This document shows, piece by piece, positions 1 to 12,900 of a DNA stretch of 64,000 nt (the first letter of the stretch is position 1; every line of letters begins with the position of its first letter). The stretch spans positions 125,922,001-125,986,000 of the forward strand of contig NC_042997.1 in NCBI RefSeq assembly GCF_006345805.1, given 5' to 3'. Both the position numbers and the translations under genes were made by a program. The stretch is from Octopus sinensis. Lineage: Eukaryota. The notes below the pieces were generated by a model. The model saw only the letters and a list, made by a program, of their open reading frames with translations, had not been told where the DNA came from and did not search any database.

Positions 1-115
1 GTCTCTAGACTTGTAGTGGGCCCTTTATCCATTTTATAATGCTCATTGTGTTTTTTTTTATGTTTATAATAACTTTTTTTAACATGTGTATACACACACA
101 CACACACACACACAC

Positions 116-240
<125 letters not shown>

Positions 241-350
241 AAAGGGTACTCTGAAATATTAGAAATTTCCATTACCAGTGGCCTAGCGTGTAAAAAATTT
301 AGTCAATAGACTATATATTATTCATATAAATACAGTGTACATATGAGCAT

Positions 351-542
351 AAAAGAGGTACCCATCACAGGACTACCTGCATGCTAGAGAGGACAGTTAA
401 ATTCCAAACCACTATTAGGGATGAAATTTCGATGGTAAATGTTTTTATTTTTCATTCCATTTGAAATTTTATCCCTAATAGTGGTTTGGAATTTAACTGT
501 ACTCTCAAGCGTGCAGATAGTCCTGTGATGAATACCTCTTTT
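351..542. repeat. About 85-bp imperfect inverted repeat
   Basis: aaaagaggta...gaaatttcgatgg pairs with ccatttgaaatttt...tacctctttt. It lies next to the GIY-YIG fragment. Confidence 0.8.
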
Positions 543-550
543 GTGTTAAA

Positions 551-613
<63 letters not shown>

Positions 614-619
614 TATATT

Positions 620-845
620 AAAAAAATGGTTTGCGTAAACGAATGGCCTTGCACAGATCCCAGATAAAAATTCCCCAAAACAGAAAAATAGCTTTTAGCC
701 AACACATAGATACTTACGCCAACAAAAAAACACCAAACTTCAGAATTTTCCCCCTCTACCAATTTAGGGACGATACAACCTCGAGACAACGAATAAGTAA
801 AGAAAATCTCTTTATTACAAAATACAAGCCACTTCTTAACGGGTC
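620..845 (+). pseudogene. Penelope-like GIY-YIG endonuclease C-terminal fragment
   Basis: Reads LRKRMALHRSQI...FSQHI...FRIFPLYQ...R-KENLFITKYKPLLN, the LR-R-H...E...P-LN pattern of PLE endonucleases. It sits within (TA)n. Confidence 0.65.
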
Positions 846-900
<55 letters not shown>

Positions 901-905
901 ATATA

Positions 906-948
<43 letters not shown>

Positions 949-1057
949 ATATATATATAATATATATATATTATATATATATAATATAATATATATATTA
1001 TATATTATATATATATATATATATATAGATATATATATATATATATATAATATATAT

Positions 1058-1149
<92 letters not shown>

Positions 1150-1206
1150 ATATATAATATTATATATATATATATTATATATATATATAATATATATATA
1201 TATATT

Positions 1207-1275
<69 letters not shown>

Positions 1276-1279
1276 CATA

Positions 1280-1323
<44 letters not shown>

Positions 1324-1327
1324 ATAT
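845..1327. repeat. About 480-bp imperfect (TA)n microsatellite
   Basis: Directly visible. Many further (TA)n, (CA)n, (GATA)n, (AAT)n and (CAT)n tracts occur throughout the window. Confidence 0.95.
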
Positions 1328-2262
1328 CATCATCATCCTCATTTAACGTCCGCTTTCCATGCTAGCATGGGTTGGACGGTTCAACTGGAGTCTGGGGAGC
1401 CCGAAGGCTGCACCAGCCAGTCAGATCTGGCAGTGTTTCTACAGCTGGATGCCCTTCCTAACGCCAACCACTCCGAGAGTGTAGTGGGTGATTTTATGTG
1501 CCACCGACACAGGTGCCAGACGAGGCTGGCAAACGGCCACGCTCGGATGGTGTTTTTTTTTTATGTGCCACCGACACAGGTGCCAGACGAGGCTGGCAGA
1601 CGGCCACACTCGGATGGTGTTTTTATGTGCCACCGACACAAGTGCCAGATGAGGCTGGCGAACGGCCACAATCGGATGGTGTTTGTTACGTGCCCGGATG
1701 GTGTTTGTTACGTGCCCACAGCATGGAGGCCAGTCGATGCGGTACTGGCTACGGCCACGTTCGGATGGTTTTCTTGTGTGCCACCGGCACTGGTACAACA
1801 AAGATACAAATTCCATTGATGTTCATCTATTTTGATTTGGTTTGATTTTCACTTGCCTCAACAGGTCTTCACAAGTGTCACATACTTGCCTCAACAGGTC
1901 TTCACAAGTGTCATAAGAAGGAAGGTATGCACAGGTAGACTGACTACGTCCCAGGTAGGGGCCACGGGTTATGGCCTGACTAGTCTTGCCGGGTCTTTGG
2001 ATGGTGTTTTTATGTGCCACCAACACAGGTGCCAGATGAGGCTGGCGAACGGCCACGATCGGATGGTGTTTGTTACGTGCCCACAGCACGGAGGCCAGTC
2101 GATGTGGTACTGGCTACCGCCACCTTCGGATGGTTTTCTTGTGTGCCACCGGCATTGGTACCACAAAGATACAAATTCCATTGATGTTCATCTATTTTGA
2201 TTTGTTTTGATTGGATTTGATTATGATTATTATTATGATTATTATTATTATTATTATTATTA

Positions 2263-2295
<33 letters not shown>

Positions 2296-2841
2296 CACTT
2301 GCCTCAACAGGTCTTCACAAGTGTCATTTGATTTGATTAGATTAGCACTTGCCTCAACAGGTCTTCACAAGTGTCATAAGAAGGAAGGTATGCACAGGTG
2401 GACTGACTACGTCCCAGGAAGGGGCCACGGGCTATGGCCTGACTAGTCTTGCCGGGTCTTCGGACAGGTGCCAGATGAGGCTGGCGAACGGCCACGATCG
2501 GATGGCGTTTGTTATGTGCTCACAGCACGGAGGCCAGTCGATGCGGTACTGGCTACAGCCACGTTCGGATGGTTTTCTTGTGTGCCACCGGCACTGGTAC
2601 CACTGAGATACAGATTCCATTGATGTTCATCTATTTTGATTTGTTTTGATGTTTTTGATTTGTTGATTTGTTGATTTGTTGATTTTTAACTTGCCTCAAC
2701 AGGTCTTCACAAGTGTCACAAGAAGGAAGGTATGCACAGGTGGACTCCCAGGTAGGGGCCACCACGATCGGATGGTGTTTGTTATGTGCCCACATCACAG
2801 AGGCCAGTCGATGCGGTACTGGCTACGGCCACGTTCGGATG

Positions 2842-2845
<4 letters not shown>
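1328..2845 (-). mobile_element. RTE-derived 3' UTR element with internal tandem duplications
   Basis: Family tail catcat...tttaacgtccgctttccatgctagcatggg, with repeated gtgccaccg-cac modules and larger duplicated blocks. Confidence 0.8.
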
Positions 2846-2912
<67 letters not shown>

Positions 2913-2979
2913 ATATATATTATATATATATATATATATAATATATATATATGTATGTATATATATATATATATATATA

Positions 2980-3010
<31 letters not shown>

Positions 3011-4438
3011 CATCATCATCATCATCATCATCGTTTAACGTCCGTTCTCCATGCTAGCATGGGTTGGACGGTTCGACCGGGGATCTGGAAAGCCAGAAAG
3101 CTGCACCAGGCTCCAGTCTTATCTGGCAGTGTTTCTACAGCTGGATGCCCTTCCTAACGTCAACCACTCCGTGAGTGTAGTGGGTGCTTTTCACGTGCCA
3201 CCTGCACAGGTGCCAGGCGAGGCTGGCAACGGCCACGGTCGGATTGGTGTATTTTATGTGCCACCTGCACGGAAGCCAAACGAGGGGGTGCTGGCATCGG
3301 CCACGAGTCGGATAGTGCTTTTTACGTACCACCAGACCAGGGATCCTGGCTGGTTCAATTCGATTTCGATTTCGCTTGCCCCAACATGTCTTCGCAAGCA
3401 ATGGGGTTGGCATGGGTGCCTGTCGTACGGTCAGATTGGTGTATTTTACGTGCCACCGGCACGGAAGCCAGTGGAGGCGGCGCTGGCATTGGCCACGAGT
3501 CGGATAGTGCTTTTTACGTACCACCAGACCAGGGATCCTGGCTGGTTCAATTCGATTTCGATTTCGTTTTCGCTTGCCCCAACATGTCTTCGCAAGCAAG
3601 AGGGTTGGTATGGGTGCCTGTCGTACGGTCAGATTGGTGTATTTTACGTGCCACCGGCACGGAAGCCAGTGGAGGCATCGGCCACGAGTCGTATAGTGCT
3701 TTTTACGTACCACCAGACCAGGGATCCTGGCTGGTTCAATTCGATTTCGCTTGCCCCAACATGTCTTCGCAAGCAAGGGGGTTGGCATGGGTGCCTGTCA
3801 TACGGTCAGATTGGTGTATTTTACGTGCCACCGGCACAGAAGCCAGTGGAGGCGGCGCTGGCATTGGCCACGAGTCGGATAGTGCTTTTTACGTACCACC
3901 AGACCAGGGATCCTGGCTGGTTCAATTCGATTTCGATTTCGCTTGCCCCAACATGTCTTCGCAAGCAATGGGGTTGGCATGGGTGCCTGTCGTACGGTCA
4001 GATTGGTGTATTTTACGTGCCACCGGCACGGAAGCCAGTGGAGGCGGCGCTGGCATTGGCCACGAGTCGGATAGTGCTTTTTACGTACCACCAGACCAGG
4101 GATCCTGGCTGGTTCAATTCGATTTCGATTTCGTTTTCGCTTGCCCCAACATGTCTTCGCAAGCAAGGGGGTTGGCATGGGTGCCTGTCGTACGGTCAGA
4201 TTGGTGTATTTTACGTGCCACCGCACGGAAGCCAGTGGAGGCATCGGCCACGAGTCGGATAGTGCTTTTTACGTACCACCAGACCAGGGATCCTGGCTGG
4301 TTCAATTCGATTTCGATTTCGCTTGCCCCAACATGTCTTCGCAGCAAAGGGGGTTGGCATGGGTGCCTGTCGTCGGATGAGGTTCTATATCGACTTCGCT
4401 TGCCTCAACAGGTCTTTGTGTCCAAGGGAGGGAAGGCA

Positions 4439-4440
<2 letters not shown>
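3011..4440 (-). repeat. RTE 3' UTR copy containing a six-unit tandem array (177-198 bp units)
   Basis: Units start with gattggtgt at 3242, 3434, 3632, 3809, 4001 and 4199. Confidence 0.9.
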
Positions 4441-4482
<42 letters not shown>

Positions 4483-4484
4483 GG

Positions 4485-4535
4485 AGCTTCTACAGGACTA
4501 GAACTGTTTCATTCAAGAGAAATCTTCAGGAAGCT
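4485..4535 (-). ncRNA. Type I hammerhead ribozyme motif (Penelope pLTR-like)
   Basis: AGCUUC-CUGAAGA-UUUC(UCUU)GAAU-GAA-ACAG(UUCUAGUC)CUGU-A-GAAGCU. It has a 6-bp stem I, a 4-bp stem III and a GUA triplet. There is a U.U mismatch at the base of stem II. Confidence 0.7.
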
Positions 4536-4707
4536 AGTTAACAAGAATTGTATTGGCATTTATACATTTAGGCAGGTTTAACGGGTGTTGGTGGGGGACT
4601 TTTTTGGGGGTAGGCATAGCACAAAATATCATACTTGGATGCCTTTCATATATATATATATATATAATATATATATATACTTTATTTAAAGCAGCAGAAA
4701 ATTTAAC

Positions 4708-4754
4708 AAAATCTGTTACTCTGAGTTTCTCGTTGCCGTTCATCAGACAGTTTT
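4708..4754 (-). ncRNA. Type I minimal hammerhead ribozyme motif within a fold-back repeat
   Basis: AAAACUGU-CUGAUGA-ACG(GCAA)CGA-GAA-ACUCAGAGU-A-ACAGAUUUU. Stem III is near-palindromic and the triplet is GUA. Confidence 0.7.
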
Positions 4755-4893
4755 TGCTAGATGAACGGCAACGAGAAACTCAGAGTAACAGATTTTGTTG
4801 AATTTTCTGCTGCTTTAAATAAAGCATATTACTCTACCACTGGTATTTGAGTACTCTTTTTTCCACCTTGTTTCACATTTATGTGTTTACTCC

Positions 4894-4936
<43 letters not shown>

Positions 4937-5828
4937 AAAGCGGACATTAAACGATAATGATCATGATGACGATGATATGAGTGAGTAGACAAATGAAAGA
5001 AGGACTCTCAACACATTTATTGGGAGTTACATGTATAAATCAAAGGAGTTTGATCTATACTCCATGGTACTCTGAGTTTCAAGCATGTGGCTTTGAATGA
5101 GAGTTCAATTGAAGAGAGACAATGTCTATTACTGCATATTAGCCTATGATTGGTCAAGAAAGGTCACGTGGTATAGCAGTTTGATGTCAGTATTTCAGCA
5201 AAAAACAGACAGTTGGAAAATACCACATAGTGAACAGGAAATTGACCGCGTGGTGGACAAGAGATTGGTCATGTGGTTAGGGGTGAGTAGGAAATGGCAG
5301 TAGATGTAGGGGTATATATGTAAATGTATATACACAGCGGCAAGTTGGCAGAATTGTTAACATGTCAGGTAAAATGCTTAGGCAGTATTTCATTTGCCGT
5401 TACTTTCTGAGTTCAAATTCCACTGCGGTCGACTTTGCCTTTCATCCTTTTGGGGTCGATTAAATAAGTACCAGTTACGCATTGGGGTCGATGTAACCGA
5501 CTCAGTCCCTTTGACTGTCTTTGTTTCTCCTCTCTGTGTTTAGCCCCCTGTGAGCAATACAAAAATTAAAAAAATAAATATGTAAATATATATACCCATA
5601 TATCTTTGTGCATGCATCTGTACTTATATGAGTATGTATGCTTAGATGTATATTCACACATCCGTGCATGTGCACACACATACACACACACATGAAGGCA
5701 CACATGCATGCACACATATACACACACACACCTTTATCTCCACGCTTGAAACTCTCTTTTGCCAAACCACTAAGTTATGAGGATGTAAACACAGATACAC
5801 AAACATACACACACATACATACACACAC

Positions 5829-5895
<67 letters not shown>

Positions 5896-6026
5896 TACAT
5901 AGACGGAAATTGAAAGAAGCCTGTCATATATCATCATCATCATCATCATCATCATCGTTTAACGTCCGCTTTCCATGCTAGCATGAACCGTCCAACCCAT
6001 GCTAGCATGGAAAGCGGACGTTAAAC

Positions 6027-6059
<33 letters not shown>

Positions 6060-7942
6060 ATACGACAGGCTTCTTTCAATTTCCGTCTACCAAATCCACT
6101 CACAAGGCTTTGGTTGGCCTGAGGCTATAGTAGAAGACACTTGCCCAAGGTGCCACGCAGTGGGACTGAATCCAGAACCATGTGGTTGGTAAGCAAGCTA
6201 CTTACCACACAGCCACACCTGTGCATCCACACAGCCACTCCTGCACCTCCACACAGACACTCCTGTGCCTAATGTAAATAATTTTTATCTCTTTTCTATA
6301 AAAATCTTAGAAATGCCTTTCTTTTCACATTAACTGATGACAAAATCATCCTAGTTGATGATTTTTAGGTTCCAGGGTAGGTTGTGATTGCATAATCTTG
6401 CTTGGAATGCTTTGGCTTTAGTAAAAAAAAAAAGTGCTGTGATCTTCACCTATTAGAGTTTTGTCTTGAACTGGGTCTTGTAACAGATTATACACTATTC
6501 TTTCGTCAAAACAGTATCATCTTATTTATTTCATCTTAATATGTAATTATGATGTTTATAATTTCAGTGATATTGGTCTTGTATGAGGGTTGTGTATTGG
6601 ATGGATCATTACCTTGAATGAGCAAAGCTAAAGTTGGTGGCTGGGAGGAAGTTTACACAACACAAAAGTTCTGAAATAATCTAATGTTGATTAATTCTGC
6701 ATTATTTGTATCTTTTCATAAACTGCTTATTCATTCATCTCCTGATGGTTCATAGACTTAAAACAAAACGTTTACTCCATCTCTGTCAATATTTTGACAA
6801 TACAAAGGTGGTGAGCTGGCAGAAATGTTAGCACGCTGGGCGAAATGCTTAGCGGTATCTTGTCTGCTGTTACATTCTGAGTTTATATTCCACCGAGGTT
6901 GACTTTGCCTTTCATCCTTTCGGGGTCGATAAATTAAGTACCAGTTACGCACTGGGGTCGATCTAATGGACTTAATCCCTTTGTCTGTCCTTGTTTGTCC
7001 CCTCTATGTTTATCCCCTTGTAGGCAATAAAGAAATAAGAAACGTTAGCAGGCCAGGCAAAATGCTTAGCGGTATTTTGTCTGTTTTTACATTCTGAGTT
7101 CAAATTCTGCCAAGGTCGACCAAAGTCTTGTGAGTAGACTTGGTAGACGGAAACTGAAAGAAGCCCATTGTATATATGTATGTGTGTGTGTTTGTGTGTC
7201 TGTGTTTGTCCCCCAGCATCGCTTGACAACCGATGCTGGTGTGTTTACCTCCCCGTAACTTAGCAGTTCAGCAAAAAAGACCAATAGAATAAGCACTAGG
7301 CTTACAAAGAATAAGTCCTGGGGTTGATTTCTAAGACTAAAGGCAGTCACTCCTGTGCCCTACATACATACATACATACACACACATACACACACACAGA
7401 GACATACATACATACATACATACATACATACATACATACATACCCATAGTTCTCCTATGCCCATGCTCACATGTAAGCAGATAAAAACAAACATACACAT
7501 GCAGTCATATGTGCACATGCACTGAAACTGCCTTCCCAAAAGGTGGTGAGGGATAGTGGGAGGGATAACGAGATTGAATTGAAATCATATAACTGTGGGC
7601 AACGAATACATCTACCAAATATATCCTTCACAGCAGTTAGAGACATATTTACTACTAATGCTAGACAACCCAATACAAATATTTCTGTCAGAAATTGGAA
7701 GATATTTGCTTATTGTTAGAGTGCCTCTTATCAGTATCTGTAAGCGAGATAGACAGAGACATGTCCATAGTATCACAGAGAGAAATATAGGTTTATATAT
7801 CATGGATACTTTAAGATGGATAGGTGTAGGCCGAAAGAAAGATAGGTGATATTATTACTATTCTTAAGCTGCAAGGGACTGAAGGAAATTTTTAACGCAC
7901 TTATACAATCACATATATTAGAGGCAACAACAAAGTTAGACA

Positions 7943-8051
7943 ATACAGTTCTGTATTTAAGGGATGAGGAATTATGTACATTATTTACATTTGACAGATA
8001 TTTGTCCTCATCTTAAGAGTGGTTACGGGTGAGTTCGATTCCAGGCAGTGA

Positions 8052-8097
<46 letters not shown>

Positions 8098-8716
8098 GGA
8101 ATTTGAACCTGAATGTAGCAACAGACGAAATACCATCAAGCATTTCATGAATTTATTTATTTATTTATTTTTTTTAAATACATATTTTACGTGTGTAATC
8201 TGGGAATGCATACACTGAGCTTCTCTACCCTAGGTGTACGGAAAACACTCAGTGAGAAATGGAAGAAAATTTGAAGAAGGAAGAAAGAAAAAAACAACAA
8301 CAATAACAATAATAATAAAAATAATGATAAAAATGCTTTCTAATTGATGTATCCATACCAGTGGATGACAACGTGTCTCTAAAAGAAATGGAGAAACTTT
8401 CAAAATACAAAGACCTGGAAATAGAGGTAACCAGAATGTGTAATCTAAAAACAGAAACAATTCCTATCATAGTAGGTGCATTAGGCATGATAAAAAAATA
8501 TTCAGACAAATACATAACAAAAACACCAGGACTTACAAACACATATAACATACAGAAAATTGCACTACTGGGCACTACACACATCCTACGTAAAACACTT
8601 TCAATACAGTAACTGTAAGAGCATCACAACAAATCACAGCACATACCCAAGGCACACAGAGCTGTGCTCAGTAGTGTAGTGAAAGCGCAATATAAAAATA
8701 AAACTACTGAATGATG

Positions 8717-8798
<82 letters not shown>

Positions 8799-8933
8799 CA
8801 TCGAAAAATACCTTAGGAATGAGAACCCAGGTTCGAAATTTACCCAAGACACCTGATGAAGGCTGGAAGGTATATCAGCTGAAACATGTTAACAACAAAG
8901 GACAAATATTCATCAAATGTAAATAATGTAAAT
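7943..8933 (+). mobile_element. Second copy of the tRNA/(AAT)n/hammerhead element, interrupted within its (AAT)n tract
   Basis: Near-perfect TSD aaagttagaca (7932-7942) / aaagttaggca (8934-8944). Inverted segment 7943-8014. B box gttcgattcc about 8033. HHR motif GACAC-CTGATGA-A-GGCTG...CAGCT-GAAAC at 8848-8890. Confidence 0.75.
8330..8710 (+). mobile_element. R4/Dong-like non-LTR 3' end (restriction-like endonuclease C-terminus)
   Basis: Reads CFLIDVSIPVDDNVSLKEMEKLSKYKDLEIEV-RM...IPIIVGALG...IQKIALLGT-HILRK, followed by an (AAT)n tail. Confidence 0.8.
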
Positions 8934-9605
8934 AAAGTTAGGCAGGCTCAAAAAATAAAATAAATTACAAAGGAGGTAATAATTTTGTCTTAATATTAGG
9001 CAGGGTTAGAAATTTGAGATTGAAATTAATGAATTATAAAGAAAAAGGTGCATAGAATTCAGATATTTAATTTATCTATTTGATTTTTATTTACTTATTA
9101 TGAAGGGCTTTTTTCTAATTTTTAGCCTTTGGTAATCATGTATATTTCATTCTTTTTAGAAATCACCAACATGAGAAGGAGGAGGAGGATATTTGAACTT
9201 ATATCTCTATAGCTATAAGTTAGTGTGTCTCTATAAGAAGTGAGTACATTAAGTGAACTTAGTTGGAAAAGGACACAGCTTTTTAGTTGAGAGGAGTAAG
9301 TAGTAGTGGAGAGGAAATAATGTGTTTTAGGAGGCCAGTGATTGGGGCATGTTTGTGAGTGTGTCTTTTACAATCAGATGTCTGGTCTTTTTTTGGATGT
9401 GGTCTATGATGTGTACGTACGTAATAACATCACTTGCTGTGGATCATGTTTGTGTGTAACAATAGCACTTCACACATCTTTGAACAATACGATAAACTGG
9501 AACTCCATCAGTTACAACAAACCTTCCAGTTGATCTGATCAATGGAACAGCCTGCATGTAAAATTAACGTGCAGAGACATATACTCTTAACATAGTTAAC
9601 ATATA

Positions 9606-10019
9606 AGGCAGCGATCTGGCAGAAACGTTAGCACGCCGGGCGAAATGCGTAGCCATATTTCGTCGGCCGTTACATTCTGAGTTCAAAGTATGCCGAGGTC
9701 GACTTTGCCTTTTATCCTTTTGGGGTCGATCAAATAAGTACCAGTTTCGCACTGGGGTCGATATAATCGACTTAATCCGTTTGTCTGTTCTTGTTTGTCC
9801 TCTCTGTGTTTAGCCCCTTGTGGGTAATAAAGAAATAGGTATTTCGTCTGTCATTACGTTCTGAGTTCAAATTCCGTTGAGGTCAACTTTGCCTTTCATC
9901 CTCTCGGGTCGATAAATAAAGTACCAGTTTTGCACTGGGGTTGATGTAATCGACTTAATCCCTTTGTCTGTCCTTGTTTGTTTCCTCTATGTTTAGCCCC
10001 TTGTGGACAATAAAGAAAT
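9606..10019 (+). mobile_element. tRNA-derived SINE with a Meta-like central domain, partly duplicated, nested in another SINE
   Basis: Central gtcgactttgcctttcatcctttcggggtcgataaa-taagtaccag. Flanking repeat atatact(c/a)ttaacatagtt at 9579-9597 and 10020-10038. Other copies at 5335-5580, 6806-7040, 20890-21540 (three, minus), 42551-42760 and 57583-57798. Confidence 0.8.
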
Positions 10020-10939
10020 ATATACTATTAACATAGTTCTCAAGGAGATTCAGTGTGACACAGAAAGTGACAAGGCTGGCCCTTTGAAATATAGGTACTG
10101 CTCGTTTTTGCTAGCTGAATGGACTGGAGCAATGGGAAATAAAGTGTCTTGCTCAGGGACAAAACATGCCACTGGGAATTGAACTCATGACCTTATGATT
10201 GCTAGTCAAGCACCCTAGCCACTAAGCCATGTGCCTTCACTCAACAATAATATAATATCATCTTGGCTATTTGCATGTGTAGTAATAACAGCAGGATCTC
10301 AGTTATCTAAGCTGGTCCTTTGAAATGTGGATACTATTTAGTGGGCTGGAGTAATGTTAAATGAAGTGTCTTGCCCAAGGACACAATGCACTGTTGGTAA
10401 TCAAACTCACAACCATATGATTGTGAACTGAATAACCTAACTACTGTTATAGTACACTAGAGTTAATAGATTGTAGGTCAGAAAGCACCATGTCAATACA
10501 TACACTGTGATGAAATATTCTAGCTGGAGACTTACAATCAAAGAGATGAGAGATGGACGGAGTCCATAAACAAGCAACTTCACAAGAAAATTCTCACTTC
10601 AGACATCATAAAAGGCTTAAATATGTCAAGAACATCATCATCCTGATCTAATGTCAATTTTCCATGCTGACATGGATTGGCTGGTTTGACCAGAGGTGGC
10701 AAGTTGGAGAGCTGTACAGGGTTCCAATCTGATTTGGCTTGGTTTTTATGGCCAGATGCCTTTCCTAATGACAATCACTTTACAGAGTGTACTGGGTGCT
10801 TTTTCCGTGGCACCAGCACAAGAAGAACATTGGGTTAAAAAAAGAAACGGAACATTATTGATGCTGCTAATTAATTTGCATGGTGTTTTACAGCTTCTTT
10901 ATGTCGGATGCATACCTTTCCTTCATTGGACACTAAACT

Positions 10940-11397
10940 CTGCTTGCGAAGACCTGTTGAGGTAAGTGAAATCGAAATCAAATTTGATGACTGGCATCCG
11001 TGCTAGTGGAGTGCTAAGAGAACCATCCAAGTGTGATCGTTGCCAGAGCGGCTAACTGGCTTCTGTGCCGGTGGCATGATCGTTACCAGCGTCGCCTTAC
11101 TGGCACGTGAACAAAATATTTGAGCGATGTCATTGCCAGTGCCGTTGGACCGGCTCCTGTGCAGGTGGCACGTAAAAAACACCATTTAAGCATGGCCGTT
11201 GTGAGTACCACCTGACTGGCTCCCGTGCCAGTGGCACATAAAAGCACCCACTACACTCTCAGAGTGGTTGGCATTAGGAAGGGCATCCAGCTGTAGAAAC
11301 ACTGCCAGATCAGATTGGAGCCTGGTGCAGCTATCTGGTTCGCCAGTCCTCAGTCAAATCGTCCAACCCATGCTAGCACGGAAAGCGGATGTTAAAC

Positions 11398-11436
<39 letters not shown>
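10940..11436 (+). mobile_element. RTE-derived 3' end, representative copy
   Basis: Shared motif ggcattaggaagggcatccagctgtagaaac...gtccaacccatgctagca plus a (GAT)n tail. Similar copies lie near 15.0-15.4k, 16.0k, 25.9k, 29.7-30.4k, 36.3k, 38.9-39.7k, 44.3k, 45.5k, 52.1k and 54.1k. Confidence 0.8.
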
Positions 11437-11437
<1 letters not shown>

Positions 11438-11868
11438 TCCTGGCTTCAATGTTTTGTTTGTTTAGTTGTGCACAGATCTGGTGTGTATTGTTTGAGATTA
11501 TCTCTAGTTTTTATCAGCAGACACATGGCTTAATGGTTAGGGTGTTCAGTCTTTTGAACATGGAATAACCCAATGACCAGACATGACTTCACAGAAGATA
11601 GCAAACAAACAACAATGCTTGTATGACAGTGACATCCATTTACAATTAGCACATGCTGTTAAGATAAGAAGATGCCAACACATATACTATTTTACTCTTT
11701 TACTTGTTTCACTCATTTGACTGTGGCCATGCTGGAGCACTACCGTAAATTGACCCCAGGACTTATTCTTTGTAAGCCTAGTACTTATTCAATCAGTCTC
11801 TTTGCCGAACTGCTAAGTTACAGGGACGTAAACACACCAGCATTCGTTGTCAAGCGATGTTGGGGTGA

Positions 11869-11935
<67 letters not shown>

Positions 11936-11939
<4 letters not shown>

Positions 11940-12900
11940 AAATAGTAAAAAGTGAAAAAACTACAGAAGGCTTGTTTTAAAAGGTTAAAAAATATATTTG
12001 AGTCATTATGTCAAAAGAATGTTATAAATTTTTTTCATACAGTGACATAGTTTTTGAAGAAATTACCGGTTTCGTGTTAACTTTTCAAATTTCTCAAAAC
12101 ATCGTGTTATGACTTCGTTATGAAGTGTAAAGAAGAGTTCCAGGTAAGGGGAGGTAATAAGTGATTTCTTCCAGTGTAAGGGAGATAATCGCTTTATATT
12201 TCTTGCCTCTTTTACTTAATGGGGTGAGTTTCTCTGTATAAGAATGTTAGAGTGGTTAAGTTTGGGCTTATATTTTTCAATGAAGAATGTTTCCTTGTTT
12301 ATCTAATTTGTGTTGGTATTCCAATAGCACATTGATAAAATGGAAAGATTAAAAATTGTGGTAGTAGTTGCTTTGCGCATTTCTCAATATGCTCACTAAA
12401 GGGCATCGACAACAGATTGCATTCTCAGAATACAGAATGATACCCTTTAGTGAGCATATTGAGAAATGTGCAAAGCAACTACTACCACAATTTTTAATCT
12501 TTCCATTTTATCAATGTGCTATTGGAACACCAACACAAATTAGATAAACAAGGAAACATTCTTCATTGAAAAATATAAGCCCAAACTTAACCACTCTAAC
12601 ATTCTTATACAGAGAAACTCACCCCATTAAGTAAAAGAGGCAAGAAATATAAAGCGATTATCTCCCTTACACTGGAAGAAATCACTTATTACCTCCCCTT
12701 ACCTGGAACTCTTCTTTACACTTCATAATGAAGTCATAACACGATGTTTTGAGAAGTTAACACGAAACCGGTAATTTCTTCAAAAACTATGTCACTGTAT
12801 GAAAAAAATTTATAACATTCTTCTGACATAATGACTCAAATATATTTTTAACCTTTTAAAACAAGCCTTCTGTAGTTTTTTCACTTTTTACTATTTTCTC
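11936..12900. mobile_element. About 965-bp palindrome of a Penelope-like 3' end
   Basis: Arms 11936-12407 and 12439-12900 are reverse complements with few substitutions and a 9-nt indel. The right arm reads LSEHIEKCAKQLLPQFLIFPFYQC (GIY-YIG C-terminus). A degenerate HHR lies at 12052-12099 (minus). Confidence 0.8.

Noticed and set aside
1460-4375. CRISPR-like regularly spaced repeats
   Set aside because: The intervening sequences are themselves repeated rather than unique, the context is eukaryotic, and there are no cas genes.
3051-4501. 403-aa and 371-aa ORFs as protein-coding genes
   Set aside because: They result from an in-frame tandem repeat on the antisense strand of a LINE 3' UTR, open in several frames with no recognisable domain.
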